The position numbers were made by a program, and so were the translations under genes. A stretch of DNA of 64,000 nt from Mobula hypostoma (lineage: Eukaryota): assembly GCF_963921235.1 (NCBI RefSeq), contig NC_086097.1, forward strand, positions 221,280,001 to 221,344,000, given 5' to 3'. How positions within the stretch are numbered: the first letter of the stretch is position 1; the number at the start of each line of letters is the position of its first letter. Positions 48,163 through 59,720 of this stretch are shown piece after piece. Under the pieces are notes generated by a model. The model did not search any database. It was not told where the DNA came from and worked only from the letters and a program-made list of their open reading frames with translations.

Positions 48163-49270
48163 GAATCAGAATCAGAATCAGGTTTATTATCACTGGCATA
48201 TGTCATGAAATTTATTAACTTAGCAGCAGCAGTTCAATGCAATACATAATAAATAGAAAAATAAGTAGGTAAATCAATTACAATAAGTATATATATATAT
48301 TGTGTATATTAAATAGTTAGATTTAAAATAGTGCAAAGTCAGAAATAATATTTAAAAAGTGAGGTAGTATCCAATGTCCATCTAGAAATCAGATGGCAGA
48401 GGGGAAGAAACTGTTCCTGAATCCCTGAGTGTGTGTCTACAGGCTTCTGACCTCCTACCTGATGGTAACTATAGAAGAGGGAATGTCCTTGGTGATGGGG
48501 ATCCTTAATAATGGACGCCGGCTTTCTGAGGCACCGCTCCTTTAAGATATCTTGGATACTATGGAGGCTAGTACCCAAGATGGAACCGACTAATCTTACA
48601 ATTTTCTGTAGCTTCTTTCAGTCCTGTGCAGTAAACCCCACCAGCCCATACCAGACACTGATACAGCCTGTCAGAATGCTTTCCATGGTACATCTATAAA
48701 AGTTTTTGAGTGCTTTAAGTGACAAACCAAATTTCTTCAAACTCCTAATGAAGTATAGCTGTATCAATATGTTGAGACCAGGTTAGATCCCATCAGGGAT
48801 CTTGAGACCAGGAACTTGAAATTGCTTACTCTCTCCATGCCTCTATGAGGATTGGATTGTGTTCCCTCATCTTACCCTTCTTGAAGTGCACAATCAGCTC
48901 TTTTGTTTACAGACGTTGAGTGCCAGGTTGTAGCTGCAACACCACTCATTTGGCAGATCTCTCTCCTGTACGCCTGCTCATCTTCATCTGAGATTCCACC
49001 AACAATAGTTGTATCATCAGCAAGTTTATAGATGGTATTTGAGCTATACCTAGCCACACAGTCATGGGTATAGAGGGAGTAGAGTAGTGGGCTAAGCACA
49101 CGCCCCTGAGGTGCACCAGTGTTGATCCTTAGCAGGGAGGAAATATTATTAGCAATCTGCACAGATTATAATCTTCTGGTTATGAAGTCGAGGATCTAAT
49201 TGCAGAGGAAGGTACAGAGGCCCAGGTTCTGTAGCGTATCGATCAGGGCTGTGGGAATGATGATGTTAAA
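48163..49270 (-). mobile_element. Rex1/Babar-like LINE inserted into foamy-like env
   Basis: (GAATCA)n tail. Minus ORF 48872..49162 reads TGAPQGRVLSPLLY...KLADDTT. Confidence 0.85.
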
Positions 49271-50439
49271 CCTAGATTTGGATCTCTCTACACGAAGAAA
49301 TGTATAGACACTATTATGCTATCAAATGATCCCACTCATAGGAATAAGACATTGCACCTGCTAGACTCAAACATAGTGAAAAACATAAGTTTATTAATGA
49401 AAATTTCGACATTAGACAGAGATCATATTTCACTTCCCCTTTGTGGGCAACTTGTATACAGTATGAACATACTTTCTACGGAGATGCCAGACCTTTTCAT
49501 TTCTCCATTTATGGCCGTTATTTTACTCCTTTCTTAAGTGTTAAGTAACATGACAATTTTCTGTTTTCTGGGTTATGCTCTAAACTATTCAGTGAAGCCC
49601 ATGGTCAATGGTTTTGCATGAGAAGTTAAGATGGAAAGATGCATTAAAGCAGAAACTAGGTGAAAGTATTTTCTTCCCTTGTCAACTGAAATTGGTAAGT
49701 CCAATAAGTGTTTTAGAGATTTTGGGCTTGTAACTACCCAGATTTCCAATTCGTCCTTAATCAAACCATCGTGAATAGTTCATACTGTGGTGTGAATAAT
49801 ACCTTACAATGAAAATTGTTTCAGAACTATTGGTGTCCTTATGATTCAACTATATTTCAGAAGGACTTTGACTTCAATTAGAAAAACAGAGAAACAAACC
49901 TAAAACAAATTTTACTTGGAGATCAATTGATAATGCTAAATTTTGGTGTTACACAGAATAGCATTACTCTTAAATAGACAATGCTGCATACACAGACAAG
50001 TCTTCAACTATTGCTGTGCATTCAGTCGCATGGCGTTATTGTCAACAGAGAGAAAAGCAATGACTTGGCCCTAAACAGTTTTCATGATATTTTTAAGATA
50101 ATGGAGTAAAACTGTCTGTTCAGCCATGCCTTTTATTGTGCTCACTCTCGTAATAGCACTAATGTGATCCTTTGGTTCACTCGGAAGGCAGAAATTTCTG
50201 ATGACGAGAAGTGCTCAAACAGACTGCTGTCAGAGGCTCATTCCTGTTTTAAAGTTATATAAGAAATGACTCTTGGAGTAATTTGATGATTTCATTTATG
50301 TTGCATATCTCAAGACAGAAATGCAAGTCCAGTTTTAACAAACATTATATTTTTACTTACCCATTTGTATATTGCATATTTATTTTTTAACATGGGTAAC
50401 TTTTTATAATATGGCTCTTAAGATTTTAAATGATGTAGT

Positions 50440-50785
50440 TTGTCAGATGGAGAGCGAGGTGTCTCCCAGTGGAGGTTGGATGTAGGGGATTCGCAGTCCG
50501 TTCTTTAGCCAGAGCCTTCAGCAATTTGGGCATCGAGGGAGAGAGGAAGAGAGCCATCCGCATTACCACTGAAGCCGCAGAGAAGGCCCCAAGGTGGCTG
50601 CAGCTCAAAAGAGGGGAACCATGGAGTCATAAGTAGTAGCCATCTGGACACAAGCTGGGGTCTGATCAGCCCCGGATGGGTCACCTGGAGGAGAGTGTAT
50701 GATGTTGAAAGACCCGAAACACCCGATGATTCCAGGAACATCACTGAAGATGTGTCCAGAGGCATCAGTAGATGTATGTACACAG
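50440..50785 (+). mobile_element. 3' fragment of a second HERO-like family
   Basis: Reads RARCLPVEVGCRGFAVRSL...AAEKAPRWLQLKRGEPWSHK*, followed by the 3' UTR. Confidence 0.8.
50643..50760 (+). ncRNA. Candidate non-circularly permuted hammerhead ribozyme in HERO 3' UTR
   Basis: GTA at 50697-50699, CGAAAC at 50715-50720 and CTGAAGA at 50744-50750, with the flanking helices complementary (see findings). Confidence 0.6.
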
Positions 50786-50829
50786 TAAATGTGTTGTTCG
50801 TTGCTAATGATAGCATTAAACCCCTAAAA

Positions 50830-51400
50830 CCCTCACTAATTTTTATAGAGGCACTGTAGAAAGCATTCTTCTAGGGTGCATCACAACCTGGTATGGAAGT
50901 TGTCCTGTCCAAGACCGGAAGAAGCTGCAGAAGATCGTGAACACGGCGCAGCACATCACACAAACCAACCTTCCGTCCTTGGACTGACTTTACACCGCAC
51001 GCTGTCGGAGCAGTGCTGCCAGGATAATCAAGGACACGACCCACCCAGCCAACACACTTTTCATCCCTCTTCCCTCCGAGAGAAGGCTCAGAAGCTTGAA
51101 GACTTGTATGGCCAGATTTGGGAACAGCTTCTTTCCAACTGTGATAAGACTGCTGAACGGATCCTGACCCGGATCTGGGCCGTACCCTCCAAATATCCAG
51201 ACCTGCCTCTCGGTTTTTTTGCACTACCTTACTTTCCATTTTCTATTTGCTATTTATGATTTAAAATTTAAATTTTTAATAATTACTATCGATTTGTAAT
51301 CCAGGGAGCGGGAAGCGCAGAATCAAATATCGCTGTGATGACTGTACATTCTAGTATCAATTGTTTGGCAACAATAAAGTATAAGTTATAAAGTATTATA
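50830..51400 (+). mobile_element. Rex1/Babar-like LINE 3' end
   Basis: FYRGTVESIL...DRKKLQKIVNTA...RFGNSFFPTVIRLLN, with an (ATAAAGT)n tail. Confidence 0.8.
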
Positions 51401-51645
51401 ATACCGTGATTTACACGTTTGACTTTAAAACCATCTATCTTGTATTTTGGATGTTAAGTCATACAACGGTAAAAGACTTACAGGAGGACAAAACTAGCTG
51501 TCTCTGAGGAATGCTATGCTCCTGATAATCTTTCTAACTATTCTGTTGTGATTTCTTCAGTAACGATGATATAATCTTTAGAGCCTCTGAGGTTTACAAA
51601 TCTTTTTATTGTCACACTGCAGAATAATTTGAATGTGTTTCACTT

Positions 51646-51994
51646 GGTTGTTCGTCCATCGTTGACGTCGATGAGGACCTCGACACCATTATGATGGTGC
51701 CGAGACTAGCGCGTGATTTGGATTTAAGTGAGGGAGAGTTGCGCAGCGTCAGCCTCACTCTCTCTTCCCAATTCCCATCTGGATCCAGGGGCAAGACAGA
51801 GTCTAGACAGCTGGAGATGGGACTAGGTACAGTGGATGCCCAGGACGTCTTCTGTATCTTGTCCTTCTCTACACGTTCCACGACGCTTGCAGAGACCACC
51901 TTCTTGACCATTGGACCTTCCGTTGGTCTCGTCCGCTCAGTCCGCCGGTGTCTGTCTTCACATGCTGGGATAGACAACTCCCTAGGGATAGGGA
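51646..51994 (-). mobile_element. RTE-related non-autonomous retroposon with 11-bp TSD
   Basis: TSD GTGTTTCACTT at 51635-51645 and 51995-52005. The minus-strand 3' end is ...CGATGGACGAACAACC. The internal GGATTTAAGTGAGGGAG...CAGCCTCACT motif resembles RTE-type SINEs (recalled). Confidence 0.65.
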
Positions 51995-52005
51995 GTGTTT
52001 CACTT

Positions 52006-52229
52006 ACTACTTGGGTATAAGCATATATTCTGTATGCAGTACCCCTGCAATGCAAAAAGAAGGGCCACTAGGCCCATTAATACTGCTATTTGTAGTCTGC
52101 TTAATGTTATTAGAACTATTTGCATATTTGATTGATAAAATCCTGTGGTTTGACAAAACAGAGAGTAGCCTTGCTCAGTTAAAGTTTTCTGGAAACACAA
52201 TAGTTAGAAAAGTACGTCAATTCTTCTGA
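52006..52229 (+). pseudogene. Candidate foamy-like env TM anchor and cytoplasmic tail
   Basis: LGPLILLFVVCLMLLELFAYLIDKILWF, in the position expected for the env end. The similarity is only compositional. Confidence 0.35.
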
Positions 52230-53339
52230 GTCAGGTCCAATTCTTAACAAAGTGAAGGGGAATGACCGGAACGATTATATCTAGAGTCCAGAAGCACAAA
52301 ACTGGGAAGAGACTTATGCAGGTCGCATGGTTGGTATCAGAACGTCAAGTTACACCATACCAATGGATGTTCACTTCCATGGCAGGTACGTCACTATTCC
52401 CTATGAATTCACATTTTTTTCTGGGAGCTTAGAATTAAAAGTAAGGACAGAATTCTCAACAGGAGAATTGCATTCTTTCTTACTTTTGTAAACGTCTTAT
52501 CTTTCATGTGTAATATTATATTGCAAAATCATGTAACTGATGGATATAACTTCCTATATTTAAAATGTGCGACTGCTAATCCTTAGGTAAAAGAGGACAG
52601 CAGTTCATGATAAGTAACTTGTTTACAAGACTAGTTTTCAGGAAACCTAAGTCATGCACCATTTTGAAAGCAATGAAAACATTCCTGTGAAAGAACTGAA
52701 CTACCTTCAGCTTATTGAGAGACATTGCGAGCTGACCGGATGAGCTAACAGTGACAGAGACAGTGATTTGAACTCGCATCATGGAAATGGGAAGAAATGT
52801 TTGTGGAGAAGAAGATTGTAAGGATGGACTAATATGGACGTTGATGTGTCTTTGTCACATGCTCATGGACAATTATAATGATGACATCTCTTTGAGGTTT
52901 GGGAAATACGTACAGCTGAGAATCAGGAAATGACTCTGCTAAAGAGAAAATCACACAGAAACTACGTTCGGAAATACTGAATGAGTACTTTGAGCATTGG
53001 AGTGAAGTGAGCCTTTGCTAGTGCTGGTAACCTACTGGAATTGATGGAGGAATGATAGTCTGTTCCCCAGAAAAATCTTGATCTCTAAGCTGATGTTGGC
53101 AGGAAGAAGCTGGGTTAAAAATCTTCATTTAGCAGGGAGTGGGGTGGGTGTGGTCCCTGTAATGGGCACAGGCTTCTTGTCTCATGTTTGCTAAGCTTAC
53201 TTTCTAAACACACAGCATCAGCCACTTGTAAGATCAAAAACTGTTGTAAATAAACTTCCAACTAACAGTCAGTTTAACACCTGGTTATAAAAAGAAGTCA
53301 GTCTTCAGTTCTTAAATGTAAATGGAATGCAGTAATCAG

Positions 53340-54215
53340 CAAGGAGTGGAGGAGAGGCATTGCTAATTAAGGATAGTATCACATCTTTAGAAGGGAGTAC
53401 GTTGTGGAAGGATTATCTATTGAGACATTGTGGGTGGAAGTAAGATACAGGAAGGGAGAAATCACTTCATTGAGAGTATGCCATAGATACCTCCCCACCC
53501 CCTTCCCGATAGTAACAGAGACCTCAAATTCCCTAATGTTGATTGACACTTCCTTGGTACAGAAGATTTAGATGGAGTGGAACTTGTCGGATGTGTCCAG
53601 GAAGGTACATGGTTCAATAGTAGCCGCTTCAAGAGCAGCAAGGCAATGGGCTGCAGCTCTATAAAATTCTGGTTAGAGTATTGTGTTCCGTTCTGGTCAC
53701 CTCATTATAGGGAAAACGTGGAAGCTTTGGAGAGGGTGTGGAGGAGATTTACCAGGATATTGCCTGGATTAGAGAGCAAGTCTTATGAGAATTGGTTGAG
53801 CAAGGTTTTTACTTTGGAGAGATTGGGGATGAGAAGTGACTTGATAGTGATGTACAAGTGATAAGAGGCTTAGATAGAGTGGATAGCCAGAGACACTTTC
53901 CCCAGGGTGGAAATAGCAATACAAAGGGACATAACTAAATCGTTCAGAAGATTGGATTAGGGAATAGCAGAGGTAGGTTTTATTTTTACATAGGGAGTGT
54001 AGGCAGTGGAATATGTTCCTATTGGTTGTGGTAGAGGCAGATACATTTGGAACACTAAAGGGATTCCTGGATAGGCAGATGAGTGAGATAAACATGGATG
54101 CTACGTGGGAGCGAAGGGTTCGATTGATCTTGGAGAAGGCTAAAGGGCTGGCGCAACATCATGGGCTGAAGGAACCGTACTGGGCTGTACTATTCTATAT
54201 TCTGTGTTCTAAAAT
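53340..54215 (+). mobile_element. Decayed CR1 fragments
   Basis: ORF 53577..53861 reads LEYCVPFWSPHYRENVEALERV. Confidence 0.75.
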
Positions 54216-54247
54216 AAAATATAAACCACTAGAGCCCCTAAATATTA

Positions 54248-57200
54248 TGTCCTGAACCCTTAAAGGGGACACACCAGCTATCCATAGAGGGTTTGAGCAT
54301 ATAAATCCAGGAATCTGGCATGATTGGCAGTGTCTCAGAACAGAACCCCCTCTCCTACAGCCAACACCTGACAGCCCTGGCTGCTTGAAGAGACAGTGAT
54401 TGTAGTCATAGATGAGATCCGGATCCAAGATGTCTCTTCCTAGTCCAGGAGTATTGCCAGGCACCCCGAACAGTACACGAGTCCAAACGTCTCCTCGCCG
54501 TGAAGACCCATTCCCCCTCGATAAACCTGGCTGGTGGTGGGGCTGACGGTAACAGGTCTAAAAACTTGGTGCAGACAGGCTGGATTTTAGAGATGGGGAA
54601 GGTGGGATTAATCTTTAAGGTCTTGGGGAGCCGCAAGGTGTGAGCCACCGGGTTTACTTTCCTCGTGACTTTGAAGGGTCCAACGAACTTGGTGCTTACT
54701 TTCTAGACTCCATCTGGAATGGCAAATCATGAGCGGAGAGCCAGACCCGTTGCCTCGGCTGCAAAGCAGGTCCTTGTCTTCTCCTTCGATTTGCTTTGGT
54801 CTCCGCCTTCCAGGTAGAGGGCAGCAAAATCTCTCTTGCCCTAATCCAGTGCTGGATGAGATCTTTGACTGCAGGGACCTCAACCTCGCCCTCCCGTTTC
54901 AGAAAAAGAGGCAGATGATAACCAAACTGTCACTCAAGTGGTGACGTCCCATGCACCGAATACTGTAAGGTGTTGTGGGCAGAGATCACCCACATCAAAT
55001 GATCACACCACTCAGCAGATCTTCCTGAGGTCAGGGCATCTTAGGTTATGTTCTACATCTTGGTTGATCCATTCCGCCTGGCATTTGGACTGCAGGTGAA
55101 ACCCAGAGGAAAGGCTTGTTTTTGCCCCAGTCAGCTTACAGAACGCCCTCCAGAAATGCGATGAGAACTGTGGACCACAATCCGAGACAATGGCCACTGG
55201 GAATCCGTGGGTCCTGAAGACCTGGTCCAGGACAATTTTGGCAGTCGCCGTTGCAGATGGTAGCTTCTCCAAGGCAATGAAATTGCAGATTTTCAAAAAC
55301 CAATCAACATTTACCATGATGACAGTCTTCCCCTTAGATAGTGGAAGACCCATGACAAAGTCCACGGAGACATGCTCCATGCTCTTTCCAGTACAGATAG
55401 GGGTGCAGGAGTCCTTGATGTCAGGTACGGGGCTCCTTGTTCCAGGCCTGAACCTTATGTGCCTGCACGTACTGCCAAACCTCTTTCATCAATCCGGGCC
55501 ACCAATATCTCCCCTTGATAAACTTGAGAGTCCTAGCAATCCCTGGGTGAGTGGTCATTCCCACCGAATATCCCTATTGGAGTATCTGGGACCCGACAAA
55601 ACTTAGAACAAATAGCCAACCCGGAGGACCGTTCTTAGGACTCTCCCCTTGTGCTTGGGCCTTGCAAACAGGAGCATTGATTCCCCAATGAATTGGCGCT
55701 ACCACCTTGACTTGGGGCAAGATGGTGGTGGGCTGCACCTCTTGTTCCGGTTGATGGGACAAGACATCCGACTTCTGGTTCTTTGACCCCGGTCAACAGG
55801 TCAGGATGAAATTAAAGAGGTTGAAGAACTAACACCACCTGGCTTGTCTAGAATTCAGCCTCTCAGCCTCCTGAATACAAGCCAGGTTCTTGTGGTCAGT
55901 CCAAACGATAAAAGAGTCCTTGGTTCCCTCTAGCCAATGACGCCATTCCTCCAAAGCCAACTTAACCACAAGAAACTCCCAATTCCTGGTGTCATAGTTT
56001 CTCTCTGCATACGGGTGCAGTTTACCATCTGAAGGTGATTGTTGACATAAGATGGCTCCGCTCCAATTTCCGAGGCATCCACCTCCACAATGAAGAGAAG
56101 GTCTGGGTAGGAGAAACCAGGACGGGAGCTGATGTGAAGCGCTGTTTAAGGTCTGTAAAAGCAGCCTCCTCTTCAGTAGTCCAGACAAAACGGCCTGTGG
56201 ATTTCTTAACTGGTGATGTCAGTGGAGCTGTCACCAAGCTGAAGTTCCTCATGAATTTCTGGTAGAAATTTGCAAACCCCAGGAATTGTGGAACTTGTTG
56301 TGGCCAGTCTTTGACCTGGGTCTTGGTAAGGTCCATCTTTGAGATAGCCAAATGAAACTAGAGATTCAGATTTCTCCACCTTAATATAAAGTCCATGATC
56401 TAGAAGCCTCTTTAAGGTATCTCTGATGAGAGCAACATACTCCTTAATGGACTTTGAGAAGATTAGCATATCATCCAAGTAGGTGAAGTACTTATGTAGA
56501 GTATCCCAGAGCACGTTACTAATAAGGGCCTGAAAAGCTGCTGGAGCATTCACAAGACCATGTACTCATAGTACCCTGTTGGTGTATTGAATGTGATTTT
56601 CCACTCATTGCCCTCCTTTACACGGACCAGACCTCATGCACTCCACAGGTCTAGCTTTGTGAATACTCTGGCTCCTTGGAGCATCTCAACGGCCGTATTC
56701 ATGAGTAGAAGAAGCAACAATTCTTGGCCATAATGTGGTTTAATCCGCTATAATTAATACATGGCCACAGACTCCCACCTTTCTTTTGTACAAAGAAGCC
56801 TGAGCCAGCTGGTGAGGTGGAGGACCAAATGAAGCCCATGACAAGAGCTTCTATTATCTACTCTTCCATTGTGCTTCTCCCTGGGGCTGAGAGTGTGTAC
56901 AATCGACCCCACAGAGTACAAGCACCAGGCAGCAGATGTATGGCACAGTTGTAGGGTCAGTGCGGTGGAAGAGTGGAGGCTTTTCCCTTGCTGAAAGCCT
57001 CCTCCATGTCTTTGTAGACAGAAAGGATTTCGGCCAGTTTGGGTGTTGTAATCTCCTCCAAGCCTTCCTTCAAACGCGACTCCTGAGGCTTCTTAGGTGG
57101 CAGGAGTGATTTGAAGGACCTCAGGGTCCCCTCCCTAGGTTCACAAAATTCCTTTGCAGAAACAGGGCCAAATTCGAGTCCAAATCCCCATCTGTGTCCT

Positions 57201-59057
57201 TAGGTGACGGCAGCGAGGTGTTATAGATGGTCCTTGGTCTCCTGGAAATAGATTTCGAGGATCTGTGTATAGGAGCCCTCCCTTTGACGATATAACCATA
57301 TTACAATCACAGCACGGAAACGGGCCTTTACTCGGGACCTGGCTTCGGGTTGCCTCACACTAAAATCTATCCTTTTGCTGATCATTCATCTCAGGAGAAT
57401 CTGGGAGTTGGTATTCCACGCCACAAGCATACCCTCTCAATAACCGGAGCAAGCAATGACTCTCCTCTCCCTCCAGTTTATGGATGGGTTATGCTGGCTC
57501 AGCCAAAGGGACCCGAGGGTCAGGGGTATCAGTGGTAAGTCAGTGATGTAGAAACTAATGTCTTCCATATGATTCCCTGTCCTCATCTGAAACACCACAG
57601 CCTGTTGCTGGATCTGCCCGGAACCTAGCAGGCAGCCGCCCAGGACAGTTGTGGGCAATGACTGGTTCAATTCTCACAGCGGCAGGTCAAACTGATGGGC
57701 AGTTCCTAAGTGCAGAAAATGACCCGCTGCCCCAGAGTCCACAAAAGCTTTCACCTACCTCAAGGTCTTACGCCAGGTGAACGCCACCTTCAGCACAGAA
57801 CCAGAATCCGTGGGATTGGGAGTAGTGCCTGCTACCTTCATAATCCTCCTGACACTGGACAGTTTTAGCAGCTCTCCAGGTGGCTGCAGCTTCAGGTAGT
57901 CAGCCCGCAGGTGACCTGCTTCCCCGCAGCAATGGCAGCAGCCTTGATTCCGACGCTGGGGCCTCTCATCGGCGGAGAGCCTTGTGTAACTGATCTGCAG
58001 AGTCCCAAGCAGGAGACGGGCTGGTCGTGGTCCGAGATCAGGGGGGTGGAACCGTGACGGGTTGAGGCTGGGCTCAGGTTGGCCCTCTTCAGCATCATAA
58101 AGTAGTCCCTCTTTTACGCTCTGCCATATAATTGTCAAGGTGGATGGACTGGTCAACGAGGACCTCTAAATCCCCTGCTGGCTCTCCCAAGATGAGTGCC
58201 GGAGTCCTTGGCAGTACAGAGCGGATAAGGCTTCCCCGTTCCAGCCTCTCTCTTGGGCCAAAGTTCGGAACTCGATAGCGTAGTCGGCCGCTGACCGCCT
58301 TCCCTGATGCAACCTCATCAGACCGTCTGACACTTTGTTTGCACTGGCAGGATAATAAAACACCCTTCTCATGGTGGTTATGAATTCTTCTGAATCCGCG
58401 CAAATCTCCGACCTTCGTTCCCAAAGTGCAGTGGCCCAGGCGAGGGCTCTCCTGGTCAGGGGAAAGATCATGAAGGCCGCTTTTCCGCGCTCCAAAGGGA
58501 ACTGGGACAGCTGGAGTTCGAACACCAATGAGCACTGAGTGAAGAAGCTGAAGCAAGAACCAGGGTCTCTATTGAATCTCTCCAGGGTCAGAAGATGTAC
58601 TGGCTCCATAGAGCAACTCTGGCATCGTCCTTGCGGTAGCTGGTACATGGCAGCCTGGAGGTTGTGTACCTCCAGGTTCTGGTTAGAAATCCACTCACTG
58701 TGGCTGGACGAGAGACCCTGATACCCTGCTGGATCTACGTGGACTCAGTCACACTGTAATGAGAGTCCTTGACAAGTACTGCAGTATCTGAGGCTGGAAA
58801 AAAGACACGATATAAAGCTGGAACGAGAACTGAACAAAAACAAAACACTAGATGATATCTCTTGTCGGCCTTTACGATTCAGCACCAAATCTCAGTTCAG
58901 GTGCTCTTTAAATACTCAGTTCTTGGTGCCCAAAACATGATTAACAATTAGGAGGACTATCCTGAACTCTTAAAGGGGTCGCACCAGCTATCCATACTCC
59001 GGAGAATTCGAGTGTCTAAATCTTGGAAACTGGCGTGATTCGGAGAGTCTCGTAACG
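54248..59057 (-). mobile_element. Sushi-like Ty3/Gypsy (chromovirus-type) retrotransposon, decayed
   Basis: 5' LTR at 58755-59057, partial 3' LTR at about 54248-54342, PPT GGAGAGGGGGTTC. Gag 58166..58648 (Sushi/PEG10-like), RT YLDD, RNase H (WTDHKNL), IN (SVDFVMGLP, SDCG) and a chromodomain-like end (54406..54648). Confidence 0.85.
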
Positions 59058-59244
59058 CTGCCCTCCTCCCCATTTGTTGCAGTGATCATTTACCAGACTA
59101 ATGAAGTATTTAGTTGTATTCTTTGTTCTGTTGCTGCCAATAAATAGTTGCTGGGCTCCACCAGTGGCATCTTAAACTAGTTCATTTGCCCCTATTGAAA
59201 TACTTCACTGTGAAGTCAGAAGAGGCTGGAATTAACTTCACACT

Positions 59245-59720
59245 CAAAATGCTGGAGGAACTCAGCAGCTCAGGCAGCATCTATGGAAAAGCGTAAACTG
59301 TCAACAGTTTGGGCCAAAACCCTGCATCAGGACTAGAAAGGAAGTGGGCAGAAGCCAGAATAAGACAGTGGGGGGGGGGGGTGGAGGAGTACTAGCTGGC
59401 AGGTGATAGGTGAGACCAGTTGAGGGGGTAGGAGAGTGGGTGGGGAGAGGATGAAGTAAGAAAATGTGACAGGTGAAGAAGGTACAGGGTTAAAGAAGAA
59501 GGAGAGCAGTAGGCCATGGGAAAAGGGGAAGGAGGAGGAGAATCCGAGGAAGGTGATGGGCAGGTGAGGAGAAGAGAAGATTCCTTCTTCTTCAATCCTA
59601 TATCTCTTCCTCCTTCCATCTCCCAGCTTCGTCCATAGATGCTGCCTGACCTGCTGAGTTCCTCCAGCATTTTGTGTTGCTTTAGATGTCCAGCATCTGC
59701 AGATCTCCTTGTGTTTGGAA
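59245..59720. mobile_element. Penelope-like remnant with inverted ends
   Basis: AAAATGCTGGAGGAACTCAGC...CATCTATGGA has its reverse complement at about 59632-59673. Decayed hammerhead on the minus strand at about 59300-59335. Confidence 0.7.

Noticed and set aside
51612..52055. Overlapping 147-aa and 109-aa ORFs
   Set aside because: They lie almost wholly in a GC-rich, TSD-bounded retroposon and are likely chance open frames.
58095..58648. Domesticated PEG10/RTL-like gene
   Set aside because: It is frameshifted and lies within an LTR-bounded decayed Sushi-like element.
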